From the NCBI RefSeq assembly GCF_006345805.1, contig NC_043005.1, positions 97,092,001 through 97,156,000 of the forward strand: a stretch of DNA of 64,000 nt. The letters are read 5' to 3'. Source of the DNA: Octopus sinensis. Lineage: Eukaryota. Position numbers and translations under genes: made by a program. Positions 11,518 through 24,780 of this stretch are shown here, piece by piece (the stretch's first letter is position 1; every line of letters starts with the position of its first letter). Below the pieces are notes generated by a model, which had not been told where the DNA came from, did no database searches, and saw nothing but the letters and a program-made list of their open reading frames with translations.

Positions 11518-12397
11518 CACTGCTGCTGCTGTATAACTAGAACCTTCTTTGATATCGGCCGCCAACAGGATTGGATAGTAAATTATGTGTATGTCATAAC
11601 TGACAGAGTAAAGTACTTGTTTCTTTGCTCACGAATTTTCTCCGTTGACTGTCGTTGCTACGGACTCCTGAGTGTGGTGCAATACTAGCAATTGGAGAGC
11701 AATTTGATTTCGTCCGCCTGAATATAATATTTATTCTATATTTTTAAAAATCGTGTAAATACAAAAGTGCACACAAACACATATACATATATAAACATAA
11801 ATATACAAACACACACACACATATGTATAATTAATAAATGAATACATACATATACACACATACATACATATATACGCACATGCATGCATATACATAAGCA
11901 CATAAATACATACATAAACATACACATACATGTGAACAGTTGATGATATGCAACCATCGAGTAAACATTACACATTTCCAGTCGAAGTACAAAGCAGCGA
12001 TCACCAGAACTAATATTATGCACTTACATCTGTTTTGTCGTTTATTATATTATCGGCAAATACACACATGTAGTATGATACATGAAGTTTATGATGAATT
12101 TGCTTTGTTTCATGTATGCTTCAGTATCTAACAAGGTACATGGTTGTGAGTTGAAGAGTTGAAAAGATTACTAATATCTGTGAGGTTTCTTTGCCTTGCG
12201 TCTTATTTCAATTTCGCATAATTAATGCGCTTCTCTTCAGAGTGCTTGGACCTACTGAGTATATATATTTTCCCTATCATTTACATTTTTTTCCCAAATT
12301 CCCCACTTGAATTTAATTTTAACGTTACTTTCAAACCAAATACATACAAATACACATACACACATGTACATCTCTGTATCCCCCACTCTCTCTCACT

Positions 12398-12462
<65 letters not shown>

Positions 12463-12470
12463 GTATTTAA

Positions 12471-12501
<31 letters not shown>

Positions 12502-13127
12502 TACTTATATCCATCTTTTATTCTTTTACTTGTTTCACTCATTTGACAACAGTCGATAGCAGTCATGCTGGAGCACCGCCTTAAAGAGGTTTAGTGGAAG
12601 AAATCGCTCCCAGGTCTTATTCTTTCAAAGCCGAGTACTTATTTTAACGTTCTCTCGTGCAGAACCGCTCTAAAGGGTGGGCTAGGGATGCGCTTAGGCT
12701 AAGGCATCTTTGGCTCTACATGCATTGTGAACGGGTGTGGTCTCCGTCCGTCAAACTGATGCTTCCTCTATTCACTAGTTTCAGTGAATTGAATTCTTGG
12801 ATCTCCTCTTCACCGTTCCCTCTCCCTCACTCTTCCTCCTCGACTCTCTCACCGCTGACACGTGACGAAAGAGAATCTATCTTTCTGACCACCACCTTCT
12901 TAAAGACAACAACAAAGTTCGTTTCTATGTTTTTGTTTTTATGTTTTCGTTTCTCATTGTGTTCAACGTTTTTTTTTTTGATGTCTTGTACCCATATATG
13001 CATGTATATATACATATGTATGTAGGTATGTACATATATGTATGTATATATGCATATATTTTTATATTATTTATATAATTATATGATCGAACGCCACGCA
13101 TCCTTTTCCAAGTAAGATTTCTCTCTC

Positions 13128-13181
<54 letters not shown>

Positions 13182-13374
13182 CTATATATATATATATATA
13201 TATATAGATATATATTCTTTTATTGTTTTATTCTTTTATTTGTTTCAGTCATTTGACTGCGGCCATGCGAGAGCACCACATTTAGTCGAATAAATCGCCC
13301 CCAAGACTTATTCTTTGTAAGTCTAGTACTTATTCTATCGATCGCTTTGCCGAACCGGTAAGTGACAGGGATAT

Positions 13375-14044
13375 AAACATGTATGTGAATAATCTATATT
13401 TTAGTTACTTTTCATTTGTCTTGCTCGCTTACGTTCTTAGTGGTTTGTCGAAAGCGGATCTACTTCTAGCATAAGGGTTGTCCACATGGTGGTCATCCCT
13501 CTCATATGTATATAATACAATTTACTGAACCTTCAGAATTTTAATATGCTTGACCACTGGTGTTAAAGTGACGCTAATTAAATTAATATTCATTTTCTCA
13601 CCGTCATTTTAAATTTAAATTTAAATTAATACGTTCTGCAACCGGCAAAGGCTACTGCAGTAAATTATTTTCTGCAGTATTGTTTTCCGGTAATTTAGCG
13701 CGCCAAAACGAGGACTTTTGAAAAATAACCGCACGTATAATAGGTAGAACTATATACAAATCCCACCTCGTGCGGACGCCCTCATATATTGTTCTGCAAA
13801 TAATTTTTGTATAGACGTTCACACTAAGGATCTACGGACAAATTGCGTAAGTAAAATTACGTAATCTGTTAATAGTGAAACATGTATGTGAATAATTTAT
13901 ATTTTTGTTACTTTTCATTTGTCTTGCTCGCTTACGTTCTGGTGTTTGCTAAATTTTCCATGAGAATATTTCTTAGTGGTTAGTCCATAGCGGATCTACT
14001 TCTAGCATAAGGATTATCCACATGGTGGTCATCCCTCTCATATG

Positions 14045-14048
<4 letters not shown>
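13375..14048 (+). mobile_element. Non-coding element with direct terminal repeats (503-bp period), homologous to the 32.8-34.7 kb family
   Basis: aaacatgtatgtgaataat...gcggatctacttctagcataagg..tccacatggtggtcatccctctcatatg at 13375-13512 and 13878-14048; the spacer aligns by eye with the reverse complement of 33098-33324. Confidence 0.65.
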
Positions 14049-14100
<52 letters not shown>

Positions 14101-14108
<8 letters not shown>

Positions 14109-14899
14109 ACAAACTGGGACAAGAACGCAAAACATTTAGAATACGATACAAAAAAGCCTTCAACCTTCAGTCAAGAACCGGATCATCCTCGGAATTTCGG
14201 CTGATTAATCTTGAGATTGCGCTGATCTGCCCAGCCCCAAGGAAAATCTAAGTGAAGTGCAAAGTGAGAAAAGCAGAGAAATGTAGGAGAGGGGGCGAGA
14301 CAGTGTTATAGAGTCGTACCAAGTTTAAGATCTGTCACTTTCTCGCTCTCTCTCTCTTCTCCCCCTCCTTAATTCCTCTGTCCCTCTTTTCCTCTCTCTT
14401 CTCCTCACACGTGACTGACTGACCGACTGTTGGCCTTTCGTGTTTAGCAGTCGTCGCGGCAAGACACATTTTTTCTCTCTGCCCTAAGGCATTTTTCTAA
14501 CATGCCAGCTCAAAGTTTACTCGTCCTGTCGAAAGACGCCTGTTTGTTACGTCCTGTCTTTGTTATTATTATTATCATTATTGTTTTTACGTATTATCAT
14601 TATTGTTTTTACGTATTATCATTATTGTTTTTACGTATTTTTGTATTCATATTCGTGTAACATCGCCCGTTTTTCTGTCCTTGTTCTGTATACATTCGAA
14701 GCTTTCTTCCAAGGAATCTAATGCGCTTAGCTTAGTTTTTCCTTGGGGCTGGGCAGATCGGTGCAATCTCAAGATTAATCAGCCGAAATTGCGAGGATGA
14801 TCCGGTTCTTCACTGAAGATTGAAGGCTTCGAATGTCCTGTCCGTGTTTTTTGTATCGTCTTCTAAATGTTTTGCGTTCTTGTCCCAGTTTGTATTTTT

Positions 14900-14901
<2 letters not shown>
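14101..14901. mobile_element. Non-autonomous element with ~150-170-bp inverted termini (Penelope-like fold-back or MITE), inserted in (TG)n/(TA)n
   Basis: 14101-14251 is the near-perfect reverse complement of 14731-14901, apart from a ~20-bp indel. Confidence 0.75.
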
Positions 14902-14930
<29 letters not shown>

Positions 14931-15214
14931 TACCCAAACTTACCCCCAAACTTTTGAGTTGAATTAAGCAAACACTATATATGAGAAGATTTTTCTTTAA
15001 GTATTGAATAGTTTTAAAAAAGTTTTTTAGCTGCTATTTCTAATGAGTCAGTAGCGGCAAAGTTTTAATTTCCAAGCCCTTTATATAATATATATAGATA
15101 TGATATATATAGCGGCGTACGCACCCTCTCTCTTACATGTAAGTATATATATATATTGTTTGTAGTGTACTTTTTCATATGAAAGCACTCATTTATACTT
15201 ATATAGATATTTTT

Positions 15215-15580
15215 TTATTTTACTTGTTTCAATCATTCGAATGCGACCATGCTGGGGCATCACCTTGATGGACTTTAGTCGTGAGGATCGCACGCCAGTG
15301 CTTATTTCTTTTTAAAAGTTTTTATTTATTCTATCTCGCTATCTAACCGAACTGCTAATTTATGGAGACGAAAAAGACCAGCGCCGGTTGTCAAGCGGTG
15401 GTGAGGAACAAACTCAGACACTTACATAGACACACAGCCATACACAGACACACGAACACACACAAACACATACACACACTCACACTTGGAGCTATAGTAG
15501 GAGTCATAGGCCCGAGGCGCGTCATACAGTGAGACTGAATCCAGAAGCCAACATCTTACCACGTAGCCACACGTGCGTCT
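15215..15580 (-). mobile_element. SINE family A, diverged
   Basis: ttttacttgtttc...gaccatgctgg...ctatagtag...gagactgaatcc...cttaccacgtagcc. Confidence 0.75.
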
Positions 15581-16077
15581 ATAAACATGTAATTATAGGC
15601 AAACACACACACACACATATGCGTATATATGTCTCATAAGAATCCAACCGGTTTCTAAGGATTGTATACATTAAAGGCCTCAGAAGGGAGGGCTCACATT
15701 GAACATGACTATTAAGGAGGATCTAATAAATATGTTAAAAATAAAAATAAAAACACTTTTTTCTTTAACGATGAATATTATGAGAGAAAAGCTAAGAAAT
15801 ACAGCTAAAGAAAGTGGGAGGATATAAACACTTAATTTTCATAAACTTTTGGTTAATCATCAGTACATGATAAAACCAACTCGAGAAGGCAAAACCTCCC
15901 CGCTTGCATGTCCAATAGTAAGGAGATTCCAGTGCCAGGTGGTGTTACTAGACATCGCATGAAACTGGAGAAGCCTTACACATATTTGGACCAACATACA
16001 TTTTAAAAAACTTTTCATTAAAGAATAATATGATCTTCAGCCGTGGAATTTTAACTTTTAATTAATGGATTTATTAG

Positions 16078-16215
16078 GCAGCGAGCTGGTAGAATCGTTA
16101 GCACTCGGGACAAAAACGCTTAGCGGCATTTCGTCCGTCTTTACGTTCTGAATTCGAATTTCGCCGAGGTCGATTTAATCATTCATCTTTTCGCAGCCGA
16201 TAAAATGAGTAGCAG
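16078..16215 (+). mobile_element. SINE family B, 5' part
   Basis: ggcagcgagctggtagaatcgttagcac...gttctgaattcgaatttcgccgaggtcga. Confidence 0.8.
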
Positions 16216-16899
16216 TTCAGTACCACACACACACACACACACGCACACACACACACGCACACACACACACACCACACAGTTTTGTGCTTACAGGAGAACG
16301 AATTAATGGACTCATTCTTCCAAGTAACAAACGTTACTCCCCTTCCCCTCCCTAGACTATACGCTGTAGTCTGCCGTTCATTAGTCAACTCTTTTAATAC
16401 AAAATTCTCAATTTCCCCTTCCATGAAAATAAACTCTTAATTCTCATAATTCGGTAAATTTAACATGTTTTCAGCAAATCGCGTCTAATTATTCAAAGAA
16501 AGAAAAATCAAAAGCAAGAACTACAAAATCTAAATTATCCTTTGTGACATAAATTCCAAACACACAACATTGACGAACATCAACGAGATGGAATTTCCAT
16601 ACGATCTTATGTAAATGGTTGTAAAATAGAATCTATTATATAGACAACAATCAACCATAGAAAGACCAATAAAAGTACAACGAAAGAATGGCAACGAAAT
16701 CACGAGTGCGATGAGGCGGGAGACAAAAAGCATTTGGTTTCTGAATATTTTCATTATAAGTCTATGTTATAAAGTCTCATACACTCTAAATATAGCTTTG
16801 GTTATGATGGGGAAATCTTCTGTACGTCTTTTCTGGGTTTTAGATATTACAACTATAAATGCTAAAAGGTATCGGAGCTGCACTTCCATATATGTACAT

Positions 16900-17224
16900 A
16901 CTAGCAGAGATAACCGGCGTTGCCCGTGATTAAAATGGCATAGTTTTTTTATTGTTTTACTTGTTTCAGTCATGTGACCGCACCATCTTTAGTCGGAGAA
17001 ATCTACCCCCAGGATTTATTCCTTGTAAGCCTAGTACTTATTCTATCGGTGTGTTTTGCCAAACGGCTAAGTTATGGGGACGTAAACACAGAAACATCGG
17101 TTGTCAAGCCATGGTGGGGGTACAAACACACATACACAGAAACATATACATATATACGACAATCTTCTTTCAGTTTCCGTGTACGAAACCCACTCACAAG
17201 GCTTTGGTGGGCCTGAAGCTATAG

Positions 17225-17286
<62 letters not shown>

Positions 17287-17893
17287 CATACATACATACG
17301 CATATATACATATATATAAATATATCTATATATCTATATATATGTATATATACATATATAAATATGTATATATATATATACACATATATATACATATATA
17401 CATATACATCAATACATATACATCTATTCATATACACCTTTATATATACATATATATACGAAATAATTGATAAAACATTTTTACCCCACAACAATTTAGG
17501 CCAAATTTCGTTAAGCAGTTAATCAAAAATCTTCTTATGCTTTGCTTGAGTGGCCTAGGTACAAATTTATTTGTTTCAACCCATCCTTAGCGCATATTCC
17601 ATTTATGTATAAAATTTCAAGAAAATCAGTTGAAAACTTTAAAAGTTATTGCAGAAAATAACATTCATATTAGAATTTGCATTGAAATGTCCTATTGATT
17701 TTTGAAAAATCGATGCTAATGAAAAATTATCGATTTTTTTAAAATTCCAAGTGGGTAAGTGACCGCATGGACATAACCACCCCACCCTACGTGTCAAGTT
17801 TCCTCCAGGTCTGTTGGATAGTCTCGGGGGAGTTAAAGTAACAATTTCACTAATTCACACACAGTCCCCAAAACAGACAGAAATTACCATTTA

Positions 17894-17900
<7 letters not shown>
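16900..17900 (+). mobile_element. Helitron/Helentron-type non-autonomous element (Lep1/HINE-like) carrying a nested SINE A (16940-17222) and microsatellite
   Basis: 5' actagcagagataaccggcgttgcccg; internal aaatttcaagaaaatcag and gtcaagtttc blocks; 3' acagacagaaattaccatt followed by (TA)n. Confidence 0.5.
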
Positions 17901-17927
<27 letters not shown>

Positions 17928-17929
<2 letters not shown>

Positions 17930-18088
17930 CTGAAATTTACAGAGAAATAAAACAACAAACAGGTGTATTGCTTTAACGATCGGGAAGGTGAGAAAATCTT
18001 TTACGTTTAGAGTCTACGTTCTTCAACAGAAAGGAACACGAGGAAATAAACAAAGAGAGAATAAAAAAAAAACTTTGGGAACCAGCGA
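17928..18088 (-). mobile_element. Short pLTR-like repeat (family D) with a degenerate hammerhead core
   Basis: rc cttt-CTGTTGA-a-gaac-gtag-actc-TAAA-CGTA-aaag; homologous to 21752-21912 and 39930-40130. Confidence 0.55.
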
Positions 18089-18104
18089 TATATATATATA
18101 TATT

Positions 18105-18332
18105 CTTTCATTCTTTTATTTTTTACTTGACTGTGGCCATACTGGAACGCCGCCTTGAACGGTATACGTTGAAGAAATCGATACTAAGACTTATATTTTT
18201 TAGTACTTATTCTATTGGTCTCTACGTAAAAGCACCAACGCCGCTTGTCAAACGGTGATGGTGGGATACAAGTACAGAGAGAGACACACAGATATATGCA
18301 TACATGCATACACACACATACGGCACCACAAC

Positions 18333-18383
<51 letters not shown>

Positions 18384-18540
18384 GTACGACGTGCCCCTTT
18401 CAATTTCCGTCTACCAAATCTACTCACAAAGCTTTGGTTGTCGCGAGTAGAAGACACTTGCCCATGATGCCACGTAGTGAGACTGAACCCGGAGCAATAT
18501 GGTTTGGAAGAAAATTTCTTATCAAAAGTCATGCCTGCGA
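18105..18540 (-). mobile_element. SINE family A
   Basis: Shared body tttccgtctaccaaat..actcacaaagctttgg...gtagaagacacttgccc...gagactgaaccc. Confidence 0.8.
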
Positions 18541-18549
18541 CTATATATA

Positions 18550-18766
18550 CGAGAGGGTACTAAGAAGTTCTTGGCTTTATGGGTATGGGGAAGCCCCTGG
18601 TTGGAGGTCCAACCTTCCGAGTTCTTTTACAGGGCTTAGAAAATCTGAAGGACTGCTGCGATAAGTGTGTGAATCTGAGAGGGGAATATGTTGAATAAAA
18701 TCACAATTAACTGATCCTCTTGTATTTTCTTTTTCTCAAAGCCAGGAACTTTTCAGCACCTCTTCG
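18550..18766 (+). mobile_element. Mariner-derived MITE (217 bp)
   Basis: Imperfect ~28-bp TIRs (cgagagggtactaagaagttcttggcttt / aaagccaggaacttttcagcacctcttcg) flanked by TA on both sides; interior encodes the mariner C-terminus LQGLENLKDCCDKCVNLRGEYVE*. Confidence 0.85.
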
Positions 18767-19303
18767 TATACATTATGTGGGTTAGTGTATATGTGGGTGT
18801 GCATGAAAAAAACAATATATATATATATGTGATATATATATGCGCGCGTGTGTGTGTGTGTGTGTCTGTGTATATCTATGTATGTATATATGTATATATA
18901 TACATACATAGGCAGAGGAACTCTTGAGAGTCTACGGCCATCCAATATATGTCTTAGGGCTGGATCATGCCCGGGGACATAGAAACAATCGGACTGAATA
19001 CCCGATCGCGCGGTTAAACCATTGGGAGTGAAGGACTCCTAACCTTTGTTAGGGCATCTTTCTAGGAGAAGGTAACTCAGGTAACTGGGATAACTGCGAT
19101 ATAAAACCTGCGGCTCAGTGGTTACCGATGATGTTGACTTGTTCTTCTTTTCGGATTATGGCTGCTGTTGCTTAGTGAGTGGGATTGACTCAGTGCACAG
19201 CCTTTCCTCACTTTAAAAAAAATCTTCTTGCACAGGCATTGCACGATAACAACATTGATTAAGCTTCGTGCAATGGCCATACTCGATAACGAGGGGGCAG
19301 CCA

Positions 19304-19380
<77 letters not shown>

Positions 19381-19692
19381 TTATTATTACATATAGATAT
19401 ACATATATATATATATGTAATAATAAATCTCTGAGCGAGGTATAAACAGTAGCTGCACGACATCGTGAAGCATATTTGCCCTTTAAATGTAGCTAACCCT
19501 TAAGCTACAGTAGCATCAACCCTTAAGGGTTAGCCACATTTAAGTGGCAAATATACTTTACGATATTTATAAGTCTGTATGCGTATACATATATATATAT
19601 ATGTATATATACATTTATCTATATATATGTATTTATATATATATATGTATATATATATATATGTTTGTATATGTGTATGTATATATATATGC

Positions 19693-19733
<41 letters not shown>

Positions 19734-19788
19734 TCACAATATGGGTGAAAAAATAAGTGACCACATGTGAACTCTTTCTCATTACTTG

Positions 19789-19821
<33 letters not shown>

Positions 19822-19830
19822 ATGTGTGTG

Positions 19831-19913
<83 letters not shown>

Positions 19914-20173
19914 TTCGAAACGTTTAGTAGATGAAACCTTAGCGACTGAAGAAGGGGATTTTTCGTTGTGCTTATTGTCCTGTATCTCTCTTTTTTTTGC
20001 TTGTCTTGTTCCTTGGTTTGTGTCTATGTGTTTCGTCTCTCTATGTGTTCGACGTCTTTTTGGTGTCCTGTACACATATATGCGTGTATATGTACATGTA
20101 GAGGTAGGTACGTACATATATGTTTATATATATGCATATGTTCTATTTTATTAACATATATATATATATATAT

Positions 20174-21666
20174 AGATATTGTTATATTTCGGAATGGTCA
20201 TATTGCCAGTTTAGCCAATAAAAACACACGCACTATATATTTGGTGTTATTTTGCTTCAGTGATATTTATTTTTTACATTAATCTTAATCTTATTTCGGC
20301 CAAAGTTCTTTCGTCACACTCCTGTGACCGCATCAGTGGTCCTTTGTTTTCTTCTCACTTACTTGTGTCTCTCCTTACTAACCGTCAGCCATTTTGTATT
20401 TCTATTGTATGTCTTCATTTGCGCATGCTTATATCTCTATGTGCGTCTATGTTTATTTAGTGTGTGTGTGGGGGGGATGCCTGTAATATTTGTATCTTCT
20501 GGTTATATACATTCTTGTAATTTGTATTTTGTTTTTGTTGTTGTTGCTTTTGTTCTAATTTTGTTCATGTGTTTACATCCACCCATTATTATCATTACAT
20601 ATGCTTGTATGTATGTATAACAACAATATTAGTAATAATAATAATAAATCTAATCGAAAAAAAAAAAAAAAAAAAAGAATATACATATACATATATATAC
20701 ATACATATACATATACATATATATATATACATATATACACACATATATACACATATACATATACATATATATACACATACACATATATATAGATATTCAT
20801 TTCTATTTCTTTAATTACCTGTGTATTTATTATGTTTGCAGGATCCACTATTGTCATATGTTGTGGTGTGCGCTATTGCACATAGAACAGATGCAACAAT
20901 TAGACAAATTACAGAAGCTACACATATAATAGAAAATAAACCTAGCCTGAATAGAAAACTAGAATGGAGCAATAGCGCACACCACAACATATGACAATAG
21001 TGGATCCTGCAAACATAATAAATACACAGGTAATTAAAGAAATAGAAATGAATATCTATATATATATGTGTATGTGTATATATATGTATATGTATATGTG
21101 TATATATGTGTGTATATATGCATATATATATATATGTATATGTATATGTATGTATATATATGTATATGTATATTCTTTTTTTTTTTCGATTAGATTTATT
21201 ATTATTACTAATATTGTTGTTATACATACATACAAGCATATGTAATGATAATAATGGGTGGATGTAAACACATGAACAAAATTAGAACAAAAGCAACAAC
21301 AACAAAAACAAAATACAAATTACAAGAATGTATATAACCAGAAGATACAAATATTACAGGCATCCCCCCCACACACACACTAAATAAACATAGACGCACA
21401 TAGAGATATAAGCATGCGCAAATGAAGACATACAATAGAAATACAAAATGGCTGACGGTTAGTAAGGAGAGACACAAGTAAGTGAGAAGAAAACAAAGGA
21501 CCACTGATGCGGTCACAGGAGTGTGACGAAAGAACTTTGGCCGAAATAAGATTAAGATTAATGTAAAAAATAAATATCACTGAAGCAAAATAACACCAAA
21601 TATATAGTGCGTGTGTTTTTATTGGCTAAACTGGCAATATGACCATTCCGAAATATAACAATATCT
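20174..21666. repeat. Large fold-back inverted duplication: ~700-bp arms, ~89-bp spacer
   Basis: 20174-20879 is the near-identical reverse complement of 20969-21666; mirror-image ORFs appear in the track (e.g. 20324..20620+ and 21220..21516-). Confidence 0.95.
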
Positions 21667-21718
21667 GTTTCAACACACGACTTCACATAAAAAATCTTGC
21701 ACAACAAATATTTAAACG

Positions 21719-21751
<33 letters not shown>

Positions 21752-21753
<2 letters not shown>

Positions 21754-21912
21754 ACGGGAAGGTTTACGAAAATAAACAAAAGACGAAGGCAGGTGGAGTA
21801 CAAACAAATAATGTATTAGTATGGCGCTCAGGAATAGAAATATAGCAGGTCTTTTACGTTTCGAGCCTACGCTCTTCGACAGAAAGATACACAGAAAAGA
21901 AACAAGGAGAGA
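21752..21912 (-). mobile_element. Family D pLTR-like repeat with a minimal hammerhead-like motif (21850-21887)
   Basis: rc tcttt-CTGTCGA-a-GAGC-gtag-GCTC-GAAA-CG-TA-aaaga. Confidence 0.6.
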
Positions 21913-21934
21913 AACAACATACATACATACACAT

Positions 21935-22604
21935 GAGAATATCCTCACGACTACAGATAAACTGACTGCATTAAAAAAAAAGCTTCAACTCTGGCTAGGA
22001 AGAGCAATGCAACATAACCTAGAAATGTTACCATCGGTAAAAAGTTTGAAAACGAGTAAGAACTGTATGCCGTTATATAGGAATATCTTGCAACACTTTT
22101 AGAAAAATATTATGATTGCTTTCCAGCGTCGTCTACAGAAAGATTTGACTGGGTTCGAGATCCTTTTGCAAAGTCAAGTGGTTTAGATCTGACATTTGAG
22201 GCAAAAGTTTCGAGTGATCGCACCTTAAAAATGAAACACAAGAGTGTACCACTGGGATCTTTTTGGGTATACTACCAGAAACAATATCCATGTGTCTCTT
22301 CAAAAGCATTATCCATTCTTCTACAGTTCTCCACACCATATTGCTGTGGACAAGGTTTCTTTGTGTTGATGAGGAGATGAGAGTTTATTTATCTCAAATT
22401 AGGCCTAATATAAAGACTACTTGTCAAAAACAAACTCATACCTTTCATTAAATTTGTATGCTTTAATCATAAGTTATTTCTGTTAAATATAATATTTAAC
22501 TCACGGCTATTTTTAAACGTACTTTTAACACGTAAAATTTGGTGAGGCACGAACAAATTTTCACTCCGAAAATGCGGCTCAGAGAAAGAAGTTGGGAACC
22601 ACTG
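21935..22604 (+). mobile_element. hAT Charlie/Buster-type DNA transposon, 3' part (transposase C-terminus plus right TIR)
   Basis: NILTTTDKLTALKKKLQLW...FDWVRDPF...SSDRTLKMK...FWVYYQKQYP..SSKALSILLQFST...EMRVYLSQIRPNI...KQTHTFH*, ending in gttgggaaccactg (rc CAGTGGTTCCCAAC). Confidence 0.85.
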
Positions 22605-24346
22605 TCGTAGAGACATGCTTTAGTAAAAACTGAGAGGTGCCCCACTATTAGTGGTCTTCCAGTATGGCGAAACCAGCCCGGAATTTCTGAGGGCTTGTGC
22701 TATTGATAGATTGCTGTTGAACCTACACCGTGTTCATTAATCTTTTGGCCGGCCTTGTTTTTTGTCCTGCTGGGTTTCCAACAAACTTTTCCACCGATCT
22801 AGCGAGGTGGGAAACCGGTTTAGACACCGACAATCCGACCATGCAACAAGATGTACTGAATTCCATGTTACTATACATACATGCACGTATATACACATAC
22901 ATAAATACGGTGCTGAAATTAACATAAATTTTCATTCCAAATTGATGTGAAATTCTTTTCCTTTTCTTTTTTTCTCCTATTAAAGTTAATTACTAAAATT
23001 ACAATTCTAGTGGGACAGTGATCACCTTAAAGAGGATACACGCAGAGCCTGTACTGGAAACGATCCTATAGTTTCTAGGAAAGTGACAATATACAAGGTA
23101 CGCTCTAAACACATTTGATGTCATTTACTCTCAAATGAAGGTTTTCCAACTTTTTAATACTTACTTTATCTCTGTGAGGTACTGCATTTATGCCAACAGC
23201 GTAACTACTTTAACACCAGGTTATTTTAGAGATAATTTGAAAATGCTTAGGACATAAAAAATGATACATCCAAAGCAATATCACACACAGTTTATATAGT
23301 ATCAAATATATGAATTATAAAGACCACACCCTCAAATTATCAAAGCGTCCCAACTGCCAAAATTCTGGAAAGCAAATATTAAATGCGGTAAAGGAAACTA
23401 AAAAGAGCTGATGGAGTGTCTGGTATCACTTAAAAACCCTATCATATTAGAGCAGAGGTTTCTAACTCGTTCTGGGTTTAACCATGTTGTAGTGCAATTC
23501 AATGGAACACATTATGGAAATGAGAATTCTAAAGAACTTCGTCAACATGAGAGAAAATTTTCACAACATGATTTTCTACATCATGTCACAGACCAGCTGA
23601 ATACCATTCTGAGTATAGCAATTATTTTTGAGAAAACACGCTCATACTTGCTAGAATTAGACACTAAACTTTATGATGATGAGTCTAGCGCTGCTTCAGT
23701 TCGTATTTTAGAAATCAGAAGTCAAGAATAAGGAAGTAACTTCCTGGGAGAAATATTTGCCAAAAATAATATTCCTCTGGTACTCTGATAAATTTATTTC
23801 TAATGTTAGTAATGATGATCTGAGAATTGGGGTGTTCTGTCACAAGTCTGGGAGCTTAAACAAAATACCCTGTTTAAGTGACTACTTGACCCAGCATCTC
23901 TGAAAAAACATCTTTCAACAAACGTTTAGATTACCATATAAGCCAATAGTGCTTGTGAAAGAATACTTGGAATTGTGGACGGGTTGTGAAAGGCAGCAGT
24001 TTGGACAACAGTGCCATTTGCAAAAGAGTCTTATTAAATTTGATGAAACTGTATAAACATTGTGCAAGTATAAATAACAAGAACAACAACAAAATTTAAA
24101 ATATTCATTTCTGCATCTGCAGACATTGTCAATAACTGATTCATCAACGTTTCCAAGTCAAGTGGCGTTAAGTTTTATATGTTCAACACGAATTTTTAAA
24201 ATATTCGCAATTTTTAAAATTCTTTACTTCATTTAATGCATATAACACTTGTCTTCCTTAAATTTAGGCTACGTAAAGCCTGACAATTTTAGGGTGTGTT
24301 CTTTATACATATATATACCTATGTGTGTGTGTGTGTGTGTGTGTGT

Positions 24347-24450
24347 GAAGGCGCATGGATCAGTGGTTAGAGTGTCGATCGTGAGGTTGTGAGTTCGAGT
24401 ACCGGACCGGTCTGCGTGTTGTCTTCTTCAGCAAGACTCTTTTTCATGTT
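24347..24450 (+). mobile_element. SINE family C-like head, diverged
   Basis: gaaggcgcatggatcagtggttagagtgtc...gagttcgagtaccggaccgg. Confidence 0.6.
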
Positions 24451-24559
24451 GCTGTTTAGTTTATGCACTTGTGCTTTGTGTTAGGCATTTATGGATTTAT
24501 TTTTTGCTCCAGGAATTCGCCAAAACTTTTGTCAGATTTAAAATAATTCCTGTGTCACA

Positions 24560-24780
24560 TCTGGGTCCAAGATTCGAAATCCAAGGTTTGAAATCCACTG
24601 TTCGAAACCCACTGTTCGAAATCCAAGGTTCGAAAACCGAATTTGTACTAAAATGGAAATCCAGATTTTATGAAATCCAAATTTTGGAATCCATCTCTCT
24701 GAAAAACCAAATTTGTGAGGCCAGGTTTTGTGTGAGGCCAATTTTGGTGAAGCCGGGATTCTGAGTCCGAATTTCGGAAC
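24560..24780. repeat. Array of short ttcgaaatcca-like motifs (probable subterminal array of a DNA transposon)
   Basis: At least 7 imperfect ~14-16-bp spaced copies; same style as the arrays flanking the MULE at 46.3-48.0 kb. Confidence 0.5.

Noticed and set aside
22640-22870. Possible RTE-LINE 3' end on the minus strand (DRWKSLLE...KKQGRPK)
   Set aside because: Single short motif in a broken frame.
23370-24050. Possible hATm-like transposase remnant (LDTKLYDD; NSACERILG)
   Set aside because: Only two short, weak motif resemblances; not enough to support a call.
24560-24780. Regularly spaced short repeats, also at 46370-46500, 47800-47885 and 31200-31440, considered as a CRISPR-like array
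   Set aside because: Repeats are about 10-15 bp, imperfect, lack unique ~30-bp spacers and lie in eukaryotic transposon context; no cas genes.
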